Below are positions 40,574 to 50,083 of a DNA stretch of 64,000 nucleotides, piece by piece (within the stretch, counting starts at the first letter, position 1; each line of letters opens with the position of its first letter). A program made the position numbers and the translations under genes. The notes beneath the pieces are model-generated. The model made no database searches, was not told where the DNA came from, and saw only the letters and a list, made by a program, of their open reading frames with translations. Location of the stretch: positions 8,011-72,010 of the forward strand of contig JACIWW010000012.1 of NCBI GenBank assembly GCA_014360905.1, written 5' to 3'. Source of the DNA: Chloroflexota bacterium. GTDB lineage: Bacteria; Chloroflexota; Anaerolineae; UBA2200.

Positions 40574-40920
40574 GTAGTGAGCGCTTCAGCGCTTATTGGT
40601 GCCAGGGAGTGAAATCCCTGGCTAAAAATGACAAGCCCCTTTCAGGGGCTTGCTCACGTTCAGCCGAGGAATTCACTCCCCGACCAAGGAATGCTGGGCA
40701 TGGGAGCCCAGCCTGCTGCGCCTTTGCAGAGGCGGCTCCCCCTGGGTGAGTTTGTAGTGAGCGCTTCAGCGCTTATTGGTGCCAGGGATTGAAATCCCTG
40801 GCTAAAAATGACAAGCCCCTTTCAGGGGCTTGCTCACGTTCAGCCGGGGAATTCACTCCCCGACCAAGGAATGCTGGGCATGGGAGCCCAGCCTGCTGCG
40901 CCTTTGCAGAGGCGGCTCCC
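40574..40920 (+). repeat. Tandem duplication of a ~167-bp REP mosaic (period 180 bp)
   Basis: GTAGTGAGCGCTTCAGCGCT...GAGGCGGCTCCC at 40574-40740 and 40754-40920, differing at about 2 positions. Confidence 0.9.
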
Positions 40921-41084
40921 ATGCCGCCATCGTCCGGGCACTCTGTCATCGCGAGCCGCCGCAGGCGGACCACAGGCCGTCACGAGCAGTTGAGTGGCAG
41001 CCATCAACGAATAGGGGAACGAATAAACGAATGGGTAGTGATTCGTTCATTCGTTTTGGCGCAGCCATTCGTTGACGGCATCCC

Positions 41085-41172
41085 TGCTCCAGGCGGACAA
41101 CAGGTCGCCGTCTCTTGGCGTGGACTGTTGTCCACGCCGAGCAGAAGAAGGCGGCTAGAAAAGCCGCCCTAC
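41085..41172. repeat. Partial REP mosaic
   Basis: GCTCCAGGCGGACAACAGG...GGCGGCTAGAAAAGCCGCC, matching the 8800-8890 modules. Confidence 0.7.
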
Positions 41173-41409
41173 CTATTCAAGGCTTGGTAGCGGGTCCGAA
41201 AATGCTCCAACAACCTCAGATGTAATGTAAATAGTTGCCAATTTTACTGGTTCATGGTAAAATGATGTTGGTTGCTGACAGCTAACCCCTGAACTAGGGA
41301 AGTACGGATAGGATATGGTGATCTGGAAGTTGCCTTAGGACCTCTATCCAATTCACCTGGCCCAGCGCTTGCTGAAAGCGAAGAACAGCCGTGAAACCAA
41401 GAGGCCGAA

Positions 41410-41540
41410 GTTGCTTGCCTAAATACAACATTGGTGCGCACTTGCTCATGGCCAAGGCTTTGAACCATGTTCCCTTTTTGCGCAACCCGCTATGTATGCA
41501 CAGGTTGTGCGAGCAATGGCGGACCCTGCACGCCCGATAT
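41410..41540 (-). pseudogene. Possible decayed C-terminal fragment of a tyrosine recombinase
   Basis: With frameshifts the minus strand reads RTTCA...VQSLGHEQVRT/MLYLG, resembling box II (R-x-T-C-A...LGH...TT-x-x-YLG). Confidence 0.3.
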
Positions 41541-41627
41541 GACTCCCGCACTCTGGGCTTTGCTCCCCGATCACACGAGATTCTAGGAACCTCTTATTTC
41601 CCGACGTTTGGACCAAATGCGCCTAGC

Positions 41628-41663
41628 GCGGGAACCGCTTGGTTCTCACGGTCATGCTATACT
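41628..41663 (+). promoter_or_regulatory. Inverted repeat operator plus extended -10 upstream of the WYL gene
   Basis: GCGGGAACC-GCTT-GGTTCTCAC palindrome, then TGCTATACT, about 40 bp upstream of ATG 41700. Confidence 0.55.
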
Positions 41664-41699
41664 TGAGGTAGTGAAAGCATTGAGCAAAGGAGGGGCAGC

Positions 41700-42707
41700 A
41701 TGGACTATGAGCAATGGCTGCCGGGTCAAGGACGTGACAACACAATCCGTCGTACGGCGCGCGTCCTGGAGATCATCCAGCAGATTGCTGTAGCACCGCA
41801 TCGCTGGAGCCGACGGGCCCTGGCCGAACGCCATGAAGTCTCCGAGCGGATGATCCAGAAGGATTTAGAACTCATTCGTTACCGCTTGGGCTTGTCTCTG
41901 GTGCACGAGAACGGCACCTATTACTTCGAACGGCTTCCCCATCTGCCAACTACAACCTATTCTTTGCCCGAGGCTTTGGCACTGCTGGCGGCAGCACGGG
42001 CAGCGCAGGCTATCCCCGGCATCAATTCAGCGGAACTGGCGGCAGCAATCGCTAGGCTAGAGTCCATCTTTCCGCCGGAATTCGGGCGCTTGGTGCGTGA
42101 AGCCACGGAGAAACTGCCTCGCCAAGCGATCAAAGCACACCGTCAGATCATGCTTTCCCTATTGCACAGAGCCTTGGCCGAACGGAGACGGGTTAGGATG
42201 ATTTATGCCACCGGCTCCCGTGCAGGCGAAGTGAGCGAACGAGTGGTGGAGCCATATCACATCATGGCTTATGGCCGTTCCTGGCACCTCATTGCCTACG
42301 ACCATTGTCGTGGGGAGGTGCTCCAGTTCAAGGTGGACCGTGTGCAGGAGGCCGAGATACTGGATACGACCTACACTGTGCCCCGGGATTTTGACGTGGA
42401 TGCTTATCTGGGTGATACGTGGGGACTGATGCGTGGGGCGGCGGGGGAGCCGGAGCGGGTGGTGCTCCAGTTTGAGCCACAAGCTGGGCGATGGGTGGCA
42501 GAGGAATCGTGGCACAAAAGCCAGGAATGTGAGGTGCTGCCCGACGGCTGCGTGCAGGTAACCTTCCACGTCGGCGTGACACCGGAGATGATCAACTGGC
42601 TGCTCTACTACGGCAGTCGAGTGCAAGTTCTGGAGCCGGCCTGGCTGCGGGAGCGCGTGGCAGAGGAGCATCAGAGAGCGGCGGAGATGAACCAAGTTGG
42701 CGCTTGA
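41700..42707 (+). CDS. HTH-WYL-WCX transcriptional regulator (CRISPR-associated)
   Basis: LAERHEVSERMIQKDL HTH; RVVEPY...WHLIAYD...FKVDRV WYL core; WLLYYGSRVQVLEP WCX. Confidence 0.92.
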   Translation: MDYEQWLPGQGRDNTIRRTARVLEIIQQIAVAPHRWSRRALAERHEVSERMIQKDLELIRYRLGLSLVHENGTYYFERLPHLPTTTYSLPEALALLAAARAAQAIPGINSAELAAAIARLESIFPPEFGRLVREATEKLPRQAIKAHRQIMLSLLHRALAERRRVRMIYATGSRAGEVSERVVEPYHIMAYGRSWHLIAYDHCRGEVLQFKVDRVQEAEILDTTYTVPRDFDVDAYLGDTWGLMRGAAGEPERVVLQFEPQAGRWVAEESWHKSQECEVLPDGCVQVTFHVGVTPEMINWLLYYGSRVQVLEPAWLRERVAEEHQRAAEMNQVGA

Positions 42708-42894
42708 CCAACACGGTGATACAAGCCAGTAGAGCTGTGGCTCAACGTGTGAACAGCGATTCAGGCACTGTTGTGAGGGAGTTTGTGGCTGGAGATCGCA
42801 TAGGAGATAAGCCAGAGGTGACAAAAATGGCTGGATAAACGCTGAATCCATGCGTGTATCACTACTATCCGATCCAAATATGGGGGTGCAAGTC

Positions 42895-45576
42895 ATGGAA
42901 TATAACGTTATCTATAAAGCAATTGAATGGATGTTGAATCGTGGTTGGAAGCAGCTGACAGCTAAAAGCCGCTACTTCGAGCAGAGCTTGTTTGAACATG
43001 CATTGGTAGAACTAGATGCTTTGCTTCAAATTCTGCCGATCCTCAGGTTACCTAACCATTTCAACTTATCCGAGGAAGAAGAAAGGGTGCTCATCATGTC
43101 GCTTGTCGCCCATGATGTAGGAAAGGAGCGACCTGAGTGGCAAGAATATATTTTGGGGCGGCGAGGTTTTGTGCCAGACATTGACCCTGCCTTGACCAAA
43201 AAGGTTGTGCCCGATCTTGCCCAAGCACTTGGCTTTGAGGGGCTCAATGAACAAGTGATAGCGGTTATCGAGAACTGCGTGAACCTGCATATGAGCGGTG
43301 CGCGGGGTGATGCCAATGTTGTCCAGGCTATATTACAGGGCACAAATCGGTGGTATACCCTGGCGAACATCGTGTACCATATTGACAATATCTGCTCGGC
43401 CAAAGGGGTGTTCGAGGCTATGAATGCTCTGGAGCGAAGCCCCCTGCGAAAGCACCTTGAGCCAGCATACCACCAAGTGGTTATTCGGGGCGTCTCCACG
43501 ACGATGTTACATCGGGCTGCTTTGGAAAGCTTCGTAGAAGCTGGCTGGCGACCTCTATTGCACTTCAGCAATGCCAGTTTGTACGTTTGCTCGGCTGCAC
43601 AACGCGTGCTGGAGCCTTCTGCCAGCAATATCAAGTATAAATTGTCAAATATCCTCGAAGAAGCTACAGGGCGTGAGGTAATAGAATTCATGGTCGGCAG
43701 CCCCGTTGCTAGCATCATGCCCAAGCCCGAGCTATTCGACTATCGCGAGGTACGGCAATATTTAGAAAACGCAGCGAAGAAAATCGGGCGTGTTGCTTTT
43801 GCAAAGAAGGAAGAGAATGCGCGAAAAAGTACTGTCACCACATACTTGACCTTCAAACGTTTATCCGAAGAGGGCTATGAACTTAGCAAACTAACGATTA
43901 AGCAGGCCAAAGGCTCATCGCTTTGGGATGAGATCGCCACAGCACTAAGCCCGTCCGAGCTTGCATTGCAAACGGAAAGGATCAGTGCTGCCTATCCGGA
44001 AATGATGGTCTTCAAGTTCTTCAAGGCGATGATGGAAAAGGAGATAGTCGGCAATGAAGGTGCAGAGATTGCCCGAAAGGAGTACGAAGCGGTGTTCGGG
44101 CCAGGTTCATGGGCCGCACTGCTCAGCACCTCGACTCTCATGCCTGCACAGGATATGGCCAAGACAGTAGATCTTTTTTGGAAGCTTCCAGGCCGGCGAT
44201 TTGAATTATCAGTGACCAAGGTAGAAGAACTCGAGCCGAAGGAGCGCACTGAGTTGTTGATCGATACCCTTACGAACATCGCTAATCAAGTCTATGCTGC
44301 AATAGAACAGCCACCTACCCGGGCCACGCTGGCAGGGGAGATGGCGGCAGGTTTTGTCCAAGACTTGGTGCATCCGGTGGAGAAAGTAGATCTGGCTGAG
44401 CTGGCGCGTCATCAATTGGAATTCTATGCTGCCTCCAAGCCCGTTGCTGGCAAGGAACTCAAAAACGCCCAATTCCTCTGTCCTATCTGTAACTCACCCT
44501 TTGAATCGGGCACCAAAGCGAAGGCAGATTTCATCAACAAGCCCGAGTCCCACACCAACCGCGCCATCTCTCACGGACCCTTTGGCTACGTAATGATCTG
44601 CGATACTTGCAAGTACGAGCGCATCCTACGCCAGCTTCTCTTGGGAGAAAGAGCCAAGGAGTTAATCGTGATCTTTCCCCGCATGAACATCGGACCGGGA
44701 GCAGGTGAACTACTGGTTCGCAAGGCTCAAGCCCTCTACGATAAAGCCTATGCTATCATGACAGGCGAAACTACAGACCCCGATCAGCGAATTTGGCTAG
44801 CATTCACGCCTATTATCGCCAGCAACATTCTGGATCGTGACATCTATCGCCTGACACCCGAGCAACTTGTCGATCTGCTTTCGTATCGCACAGGAGAGCA
44901 AGACCGCCGCAAGAACTGGCGTGAACTAAGCAAGGCCATCAAGGAAGCGTACGGTGAGGATTTGGAAGGAGCTAACCTGGAATGGGGTACCGAGTTCGCC
45001 ACATGGGAAGAGGCTATTGACGAGGTCATTGCTAATCGGGTTGACGATCCCACGGTCCGCCAGATTCGGGCCGAGGTTTATGGGCTCCGCCCGCAGATGA
45101 AACTGGTTTGCCAAACACCACATATGATTATGCTGCCGATGACCTATTCCATTGTCCTGGGTGATGACTCCGAGACTAACGCGGCGTTGCGGCGGGTCTT
45201 TGTAGCCCTCTTGTTGGGCCTGGCCTTGGATGCTTCAGTGGCCATCGTCCGAGACAGTGAAGAGATTGACTTCCAAGGTGGGGAAGGCGTGGCCTATGTG
45301 CCCCCGGTGGCGGCGGCAAGAGCACTCATCGGTACCAACTGGGTCCCCATTCACCAGGCCGAGCGCTGGCTTCGAGCCATTGGGCTGGCTAGCATTCTGG
45401 CTAGTGCTGGGCAGTACTCTGAGCGCTCTGGCCTTTTCGAGGTACTGACAGCACCAACCCTAGGTCACATTCTGAGACGGATCGAACAACAGAGGGAGAA
45501 GGATCAAAGAAAATTTAGCTACCAAGATATTGCTTACCTTAAAGCCTTTGGGGAGGTGATGCCTATGGTGCATTAG
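42895..45576 (+). CDS. cas10d: Type I-D large subunit Cas10d (Csc3) with N-terminal HD nuclease
   Basis: QSLFEH...VAHDVGK HD motif; RGVSTTMLHRA; CPIC...CDTC zinc ribbon; position before csc2/csc1. An upstream ATG at 42850 is a possible alternative start. Confidence 0.8.
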   Translation: MEYNVIYKAIEWMLNRGWKQLTAKSRYFEQSLFEHALVELDALLQILPILRLPNHFNLSEEEERVLIMSLVAHDVGKERPEWQEYILGRRGFVPDIDPALTKKVVPDLAQALGFEGLNEQVIAVIENCVNLHMSGARGDANVVQAILQGTNRWYTLANIVYHIDNICSAKGVFEAMNALERSPLRKHLEPAYHQVVIRGVSTTMLHRAALESFVEAGWRPLLHFSNASLYVCSAAQRVLEPSASNIKYKLSNILEEATGREVIEFMVGSPVASIMPKPELFDYREVRQYLENAAKKIGRVAFAKKEENARKSTVTTYLTFKRLSEEGYELSKLTIKQAKGSSLWDEIATALSPSELALQTERISAAYPEMMVFKFFKAMMEKEIVGNEGAEIARKEYEAVFGPGSWAALLSTSTLMPAQDMAKTVDLFWKLPGRRFELSVTKVEELEPKERTELLIDTLTNIANQVYAAIEQPPTRATLAGEMAAGFVQDLVHPVEKVDLAELARHQLEFYAASKPVAGKELKNAQFLCPICNSPFESGTKAKADFINKPESHTNRAISHGPFGYVMICDTCKYERILRQLLLGERAKELIVIFPRMNIGPGAGELLVRKAQALYDKAYAIMTGETTDPDQRIWLAFTPIIASNILDRDIYRLTPEQLVDLLSYRTGEQDRRKNWRELSKAIKEAYGEDLEGANLEWGTEFATWEEAIDEVIANRVDDPTVRQIRAEVYGLRPQMKLVCQTPHMIMLPMTYSIVLGDDSETNAALRRVFVALLLGLALDASVAIVRDSEEIDFQGGEGVAYVPPVAAARALIGTNWVPIHQAERWLRAIGLASILASAGQYSERSGLFEVLTAPTLGHILRRIEQQREKDQRKFSYQDIAYLKAFGEVMPMVH

Positions 45577-45630
45577 TGAAATTCCAGCCAATATTGACAC
45601 CGATTCAATTAGACGAGAGGAGGTCTATTC

Positions 45631-46281
45631 ATGAGAACACCGATTTTTGTGCGGGTCGAACGATTTGACTTGGAAAGTGTGGCACCCCGGATTGAAGCTA
45701 TCCGGAACGACTTCGAGCGCTACCTAGACAGCTATCCGGTAAGGGCGGCACGCAGCAAACACAGCCTCATGGGGCCAGTGGGTAAGCTCTTGCAGGAGGC
45801 CAAGACCGGCAAATGGGACGCCGAAGCCCTAACTGGCTATGCCCTCAATATCCACCTCTCCAACCCGAGGGCCAAAGGGTTCATCAGTCAGGAAGCCAGG
45901 GAGGCTCTAAAGGATGGCGTCAGCAAGTTAATGACTCTGCTGCACGAAGTCCCGCCCACCGCCCAGGACAAGATCCTGGATCGTATTGACTACGGTCTGT
46001 ACTTCATCCGCCGGGCCAAAGGGCTGGAATGGCTGGAGGACGTGCGTCGAGAATTTGTCCAATTCCTGCGGAAGCGCTACAACTCTGCTGAGGAACTGGC
46101 AAAGGCGTGGGGGGAGAAACTGGAGAACATAGGGCAGGATTTTGAGAGAATCCCCTACCCCAGCCGTCGGCTGTTTGAGGAAGCCAAGGATCAGAAGAAG
46201 AAGGACATTGCCGAGTTTGCTGAAAAAATCGCCAAACTGAAAGGCTACGAACTCGTCGAAGAAGAGGAGGAGGAACTCTAA
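45631..46281 (+). CDS. Putative stand-alone small subunit (Cas11d-like) with a C-terminal extension
   Basis: Own GAGGAGG RBS; predicted helical 216 aa protein between cas10d and cas7d; SKHSLMGP resembles the S-x-H-x-x-x-x-P start of Cas11d regions. Confidence 0.6.
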   Translation: MRTPIFVRVERFDLESVAPRIEAIRNDFERYLDSYPVRAARSKHSLMGPVGKLLQEAKTGKWDAEALTGYALNIHLSNPRAKGFISQEAREALKDGVSKLMTLLHEVPPTAQDKILDRIDYGLYFIRRAKGLEWLEDVRREFVQFLRKRYNSAEELAKAWGEKLENIGQDFERIPYPSRRLFEEAKDQKKKDIAEFAEKIAKLKGYELVEEEEEEL

Positions 46282-47219
46282 TGGATGCTTTCGCGAAAGT
46301 ACAACCATACCTGGTTGAGCGGCCACGCCCGCTCATCGGTGCTGAGACAGTGCAACTCATCGTGATGCGCGAGATCCTTGATTACACAGTTCTGCGCACC
46401 GAGGAGACACGAGAGCTTAACGTTGTGCACACACCTCTCTCAGCCAAAAACAGCAGCGAACCAGTCCGCAGAGTGGCTTTTCTGGCCACAAAGCAAAAAG
46501 CAGCTGAGTCGCGGGAATTGGAGCATCTCTTGCGCACAGCACGTAGGGCTGTGGGCTTGCCCGAGCAGGAATGCTATCTCAAGGATAACCTCTGCATGCG
46601 GTGCCCTCGCTGTGGGCTTTTCGGCGGGACCAGCGTCGTCCCAGGGCAGGAGGAACGCGCGAACATTAAACACCGCATTGAATACTCTACTGCTTTCTCG
46701 CTGATGCCCTTCGAGGACATTGCCACCCGACTCACCTTCAACGCTATCAATGATCGCAACCTCACCACTGGACAGGCACTCGGTGACCGCCACGCTGTTC
46801 TGCCAGCCACTCTATTCCCCTCAGTTGTGACCCTGAAGAGCGTAACCCAACGGGAGCTGATCCTGACGATCAAGACCCTTCTGGCCTGCAAGAGCTATGG
46901 GGCGGAAAGCCGTATCGGTGGAGACGTACGCAACAGCATCTGGGGCATGGTGGCTGGCTGGGAGGAAGTCATCACCTCACTTGAGCTGACCCTTGAACTG
47001 TTCGATGAGATGGAAAACCTCTCTCCAGCCAAAGTGCTCGAGATTATCGCGCAAAAGTACGTGCCGCTAGCGGGTAATCCTGACAAGGTAGTGGTTCTGA
47101 CGCTGGAAGAGGTTGACGCCCTGGTCACAGCCTGCGCCAGCACTGAGCTAGATCGTCCATTTATCGAGGAAGCCTATAAGGATATCGAAAAGTATCGCAG
47201 CGAGCAACTGGCTCGCTAA
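46281..47219 (+). CDS. cas7d: Type I-D backbone Cas7d (Csc2)
   Basis: MREILDYTVLRTE, KQKAAESR, CYL..NLCMRCPRCGLFG, HRIEYSTAFS, TFNAI, FPSVVTL, YGAESR. Confidence 0.88.
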   Translation: MDAFAKVQPYLVERPRPLIGAETVQLIVMREILDYTVLRTEETRELNVVHTPLSAKNSSEPVRRVAFLATKQKAAESRELEHLLRTARRAVGLPEQECYLKDNLCMRCPRCGLFGGTSVVPGQEERANIKHRIEYSTAFSLMPFEDIATRLTFNAINDRNLTTGQALGDRHAVLPATLFPSVVTLKSVTQRELILTIKTLLACKSYGAESRIGGDVRNSIWGMVAGWEEVITSLELTLELFDEMENLSPAKVLEIIAQKYVPLAGNPDKVVVLTLEEVDALVTACASTELDRPFIEEAYKDIEKYRSEQLAR

Positions 47220-47232
47220 GGAGGCCACGACT

Positions 47233-47952
47233 ATGCTTGAAGCCATCCGCTTGCAGGAGCATGGCATCCGGCTCTTTGTCTGCCGGTTATACAATCACGA
47301 CTACCTGTGGTTTTCCTCGTACGAGATCAGCAAGCTATCGGTAGCATGGCCCATCATCCACAATTACGCCCTGACCTACTCTCTGGGGGATTTCTCTTAT
47401 GGTATCTCCACCGAGACGGCGCCCCAGTACGAAGAGAACTTGGCTCACATTCCCTTGTACGCGACCCCAGCTGTAGCAACACAATGGAGTCGTACACGCA
47501 TCACCTACAACGCTGTTAACGCTCGGTCGCTGCGTACAGATGATGCGCCACGGGGGATCAACAGTCCCGACTTGGGCTGGCGTCACTACATTGACCCGGT
47601 GTTTGCTGGTGGTGATGCCCTGAAAAGCAACCTGGGATTCAGTTGTTACCTATTCACCTTTGATGGAAGCAGGCCTAAGGGCGTGACCCGGCTGGGTAAG
47701 AAGGGGGCAGCCATGCGCATTCACTGGGAGGAGATACATAACCCGCTGGCACTTTTCAAGGACGAGCCAATACGACCTACCCATCCTGTGAACCCGCTGG
47801 ATATCAGTGGGAACGCTGAGGTATACGATCCAGTACGTATCCCACCCCACTTGATCCTGCGTACAGCAGCCATTCGTGACGATTGGTTCGTCTTCGCTGG
47901 CTTTCACCGAGTACATGTGCCTAAGAGGGTGTTGGACCGATGCCGAGGGTAA
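47233..47952 (+). CDS. cas5d: Type I-D Cas5d (Csc1)
   Basis: HDYLWFSSYE, IIHNYALTYSL, YATPA, RLGKK. Confidence 0.88.
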   Translation: MLEAIRLQEHGIRLFVCRLYNHDYLWFSSYEISKLSVAWPIIHNYALTYSLGDFSYGISTETAPQYEENLAHIPLYATPAVATQWSRTRITYNAVNARSLRTDDAPRGINSPDLGWRHYIDPVFAGGDALKSNLGFSCYLFTFDGSRPKGVTRLGKKGAAMRIHWEEIHNPLALFKDEPIRPTHPVNPLDISGNAEVYDPVRIPPHLILRTAAIRDDWFVFAGFHRVHVPKRVLDRCRG

Positions 47953-49961
47953 AGACCAAACCGCTAACTCTGTCTCTGGTGAAGCATCCAGAGACTCAAC
48001 ACACTCTCTATCCTCACCAAGCAGTAATGTTGGATGCTTGGGAAAAGCATGACTCTTTTCTGCTGGTCACGAAGACGGGCACGGGCAAGACCATTGGTGC
48101 ACTCCTGCCCGTGCTCAAACATCGCCAACGGGCTATCTGCGTTTACCCGACCAATGAACTGATCCGCGACCAGGTATGGAACATTGCCAAAATCGCAAAG
48201 CGGGAAGGCCTCAGCGTTTGCATTCAAATCCCAGATACCCCACCTGCGCAGTATGCTGCAGCCGACATTATCCTTGTCCACATCGACGCTGCTATGTTGG
48301 AGGCCTGGCGCAAGAAAAAGCACTTTAGCGCCAAATGGCAAGCGCTCAGGGAATTGCTAGAGGCAGACAAGCCCAAGATCATACTTACCAACCCAGACAT
48401 CCTGTTTCTCATCTTTGCCTTGCGTTACCATGCCGAGCCTTTGGCAGCTCTCCAGGCGTATGATGCCTTAATCATTGATGAGTTTCACCTCTACTCCGGT
48501 GTCGAGTTGGCTCATGCCCTATTTATGGTGCACCTCGGCCGCAACTTGGGGACATTCCGCAAGGTCGTGCTGCTCAGCGCCACCCCTGCACGAGAGGTAG
48601 ACGAGTATCTGGAGAAACTTCTTAACCCCTTCCGCATAGATGAAACCTCAACTTGCACTTATCCCGTAGTGGGTGAGCGCATAGCCGTAGAAACTGTTGA
48701 AGTCATCCCTAAGCTCGTGGGGACTGATGTAGTGGAGACGGCGGTGTCCATCATCAATGAACTACGAGAAGAGATCGTAAGCCTAAGGCAAAGCAACAAC
48801 GCCACCGACTATATTCCGGCCGTCATTGTGCTTGATTCGGTGGTGAATGCGATCCGCTTAGAAGACAGGTTAGTTGAAGAAGGCTTTGAACGGGATGCCT
48901 TGGCCATTATCCGAGGGTTGTCGACACGAGAGGTACGCGACACGAGTGGGAAGCTCCTGGCTATTGGCACCTCAGCCATTGAAGTAGGGATTGACTTTAA
49001 GTGTGACTACCTGATCTTTGAGGCAAGTGAAGCTGCTTCTTTTATGCAACGTTTTGGCCGAGTGGGTCGGCACACTCCTGGCGCGGCTTATGTGCTTTGC
49101 AGGGCCAACGTTCTGGCCGGCATTGAAAATCTACCACCTCAGGTTGAGCGTGGCGCCCTGGAGGCACGTGTCTATGATTGGTATCCTAGCCCCGAACCCA
49201 GGGCATGGTTTGTCACGACATTCTCGGGGTTGCTGACAGCTTTCACTTTGGCAGAAAACATCGTCAGCAAGGTACGTGATGACTTCCGAGCCAGCCCTGG
49301 GCAAGTAGCTATCGTGGAAGCGCACATGGAACAGATCTGTGCCAATTATGCGACTATTATCGGGGCATCCGAAAAAATCTTCAAAAGAGCCAAGTCCTAC
49401 ATACGGAAGACGCATCAAGGGGATCAGGAAAAGCGTTGGTTGCAAGTTTACCGTGACCTCAATACATTCCGCACATCGTTGCCCAGCGAATGGGTATTAG
49501 ATTTCGCTGAGCTGCAACGGCGTGGGGGTAACTGGGACAGAGCCAAATATACAGCAGATATAGCAACTCTGTTACGTCGAGCCGATGGCTTACGCTTTAA
49601 CGAAAAGATCCCACATCCAGATGGTGGAATGGGAATGCTGACGGTGAAGGGATATGGGCGGTATAAGAAAGTCTGGGTCACCCCGAGCTTCACTGATGAC
49701 CAGTGTGGAATCCCGTTCTGCACCAGCGACTTCCGAGAATTGCGCTTCATCCAGGAAGGGCACAAAACGTCAATTTCGCACGTGATGACCTTGCGTGATC
49801 ACGTCTTCGTGGTTGTACCAAAAACCACTTGGCCCGACCTGGATTGGCGCTTACCAGTCTTCGAATGTGGCCAGCATTTGATAGCCTTCGATGGGACAGC
49901 ATTGATGCTTTTGGAAATCTACAATCAGAAGTTAGCAAGATGGGGTCGGTCGAGCTCTTGA
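47940..49961 (+). CDS. cas3: Type I-D Cas3' helicase (no HD domain)
   Basis: TGTGKT, YPTNELI, LTNPD, DEFH, SATP, TSAIEVGID, QRFGRVGRH. Confidence 0.92.
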   Translation: MPRVKTKPLTLSLVKHPETQHTLYPHQAVMLDAWEKHDSFLLVTKTGTGKTIGALLPVLKHRQRAICVYPTNELIRDQVWNIAKIAKREGLSVCIQIPDTPPAQYAAADIILVHIDAAMLEAWRKKKHFSAKWQALRELLEADKPKIILTNPDILFLIFALRYHAEPLAALQAYDALIIDEFHLYSGVELAHALFMVHLGRNLGTFRKVVLLSATPAREVDEYLEKLLNPFRIDETSTCTYPVVGERIAVETVEVIPKLVGTDVVETAVSIINELREEIVSLRQSNNATDYIPAVIVLDSVVNAIRLEDRLVEEGFERDALAIIRGLSTREVRDTSGKLLAIGTSAIEVGIDFKCDYLIFEASEAASFMQRFGRVGRHTPGAAYVLCRANVLAGIENLPPQVERGALEARVYDWYPSPEPRAWFVTTFSGLLTAFTLAENIVSKVRDDFRASPGQVAIVEAHMEQICANYATIIGASEKIFKRAKSYIRKTHQGDQEKRWLQVYRDLNTFRTSLPSEWVLDFAELQRRGGNWDRAKYTADIATLLRRADGLRFNEKIPHPDGGMGMLTVKGYGRYKKVWVTPSFTDDQCGIPFCTSDFRELRFIQEGHKTSISHVMTLRDHVFVVVPKTTWPDLDWRLPVFECGQHLIAFDGTALMLLEIYNQKLARWGRSSS

Positions 49962-50083
49962 GCCCAAAGAGTACGATTCACTTTGAGGATGCTGGGAACA
50001 AACGCTCATCCATGCACTACCTTACTGCCTATCGCTTGCACGGGATTAGAACATTGTTGAAACAAGAGTGTACTGGAGGCCCT

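Noticed and set aside
42824..42842. Partial match (about 14/18) between the sequence after the leader pseudo-repeat (AAATGCGGGGATAAGCGC) and the region upstream of cas10d (AAATGGCTGGATAAACGC)
   Set aside because: Mismatches fall in the would-be seed and there is no GTN-type PAM; too weak to claim autoregulatory targeting.
42708..42894. Hidden mini-array or toxin-antitoxin RNA between WYL and cas10d
   Set aside because: No convincing repeat-like sequence or hairpin-plus-handle found by eye.
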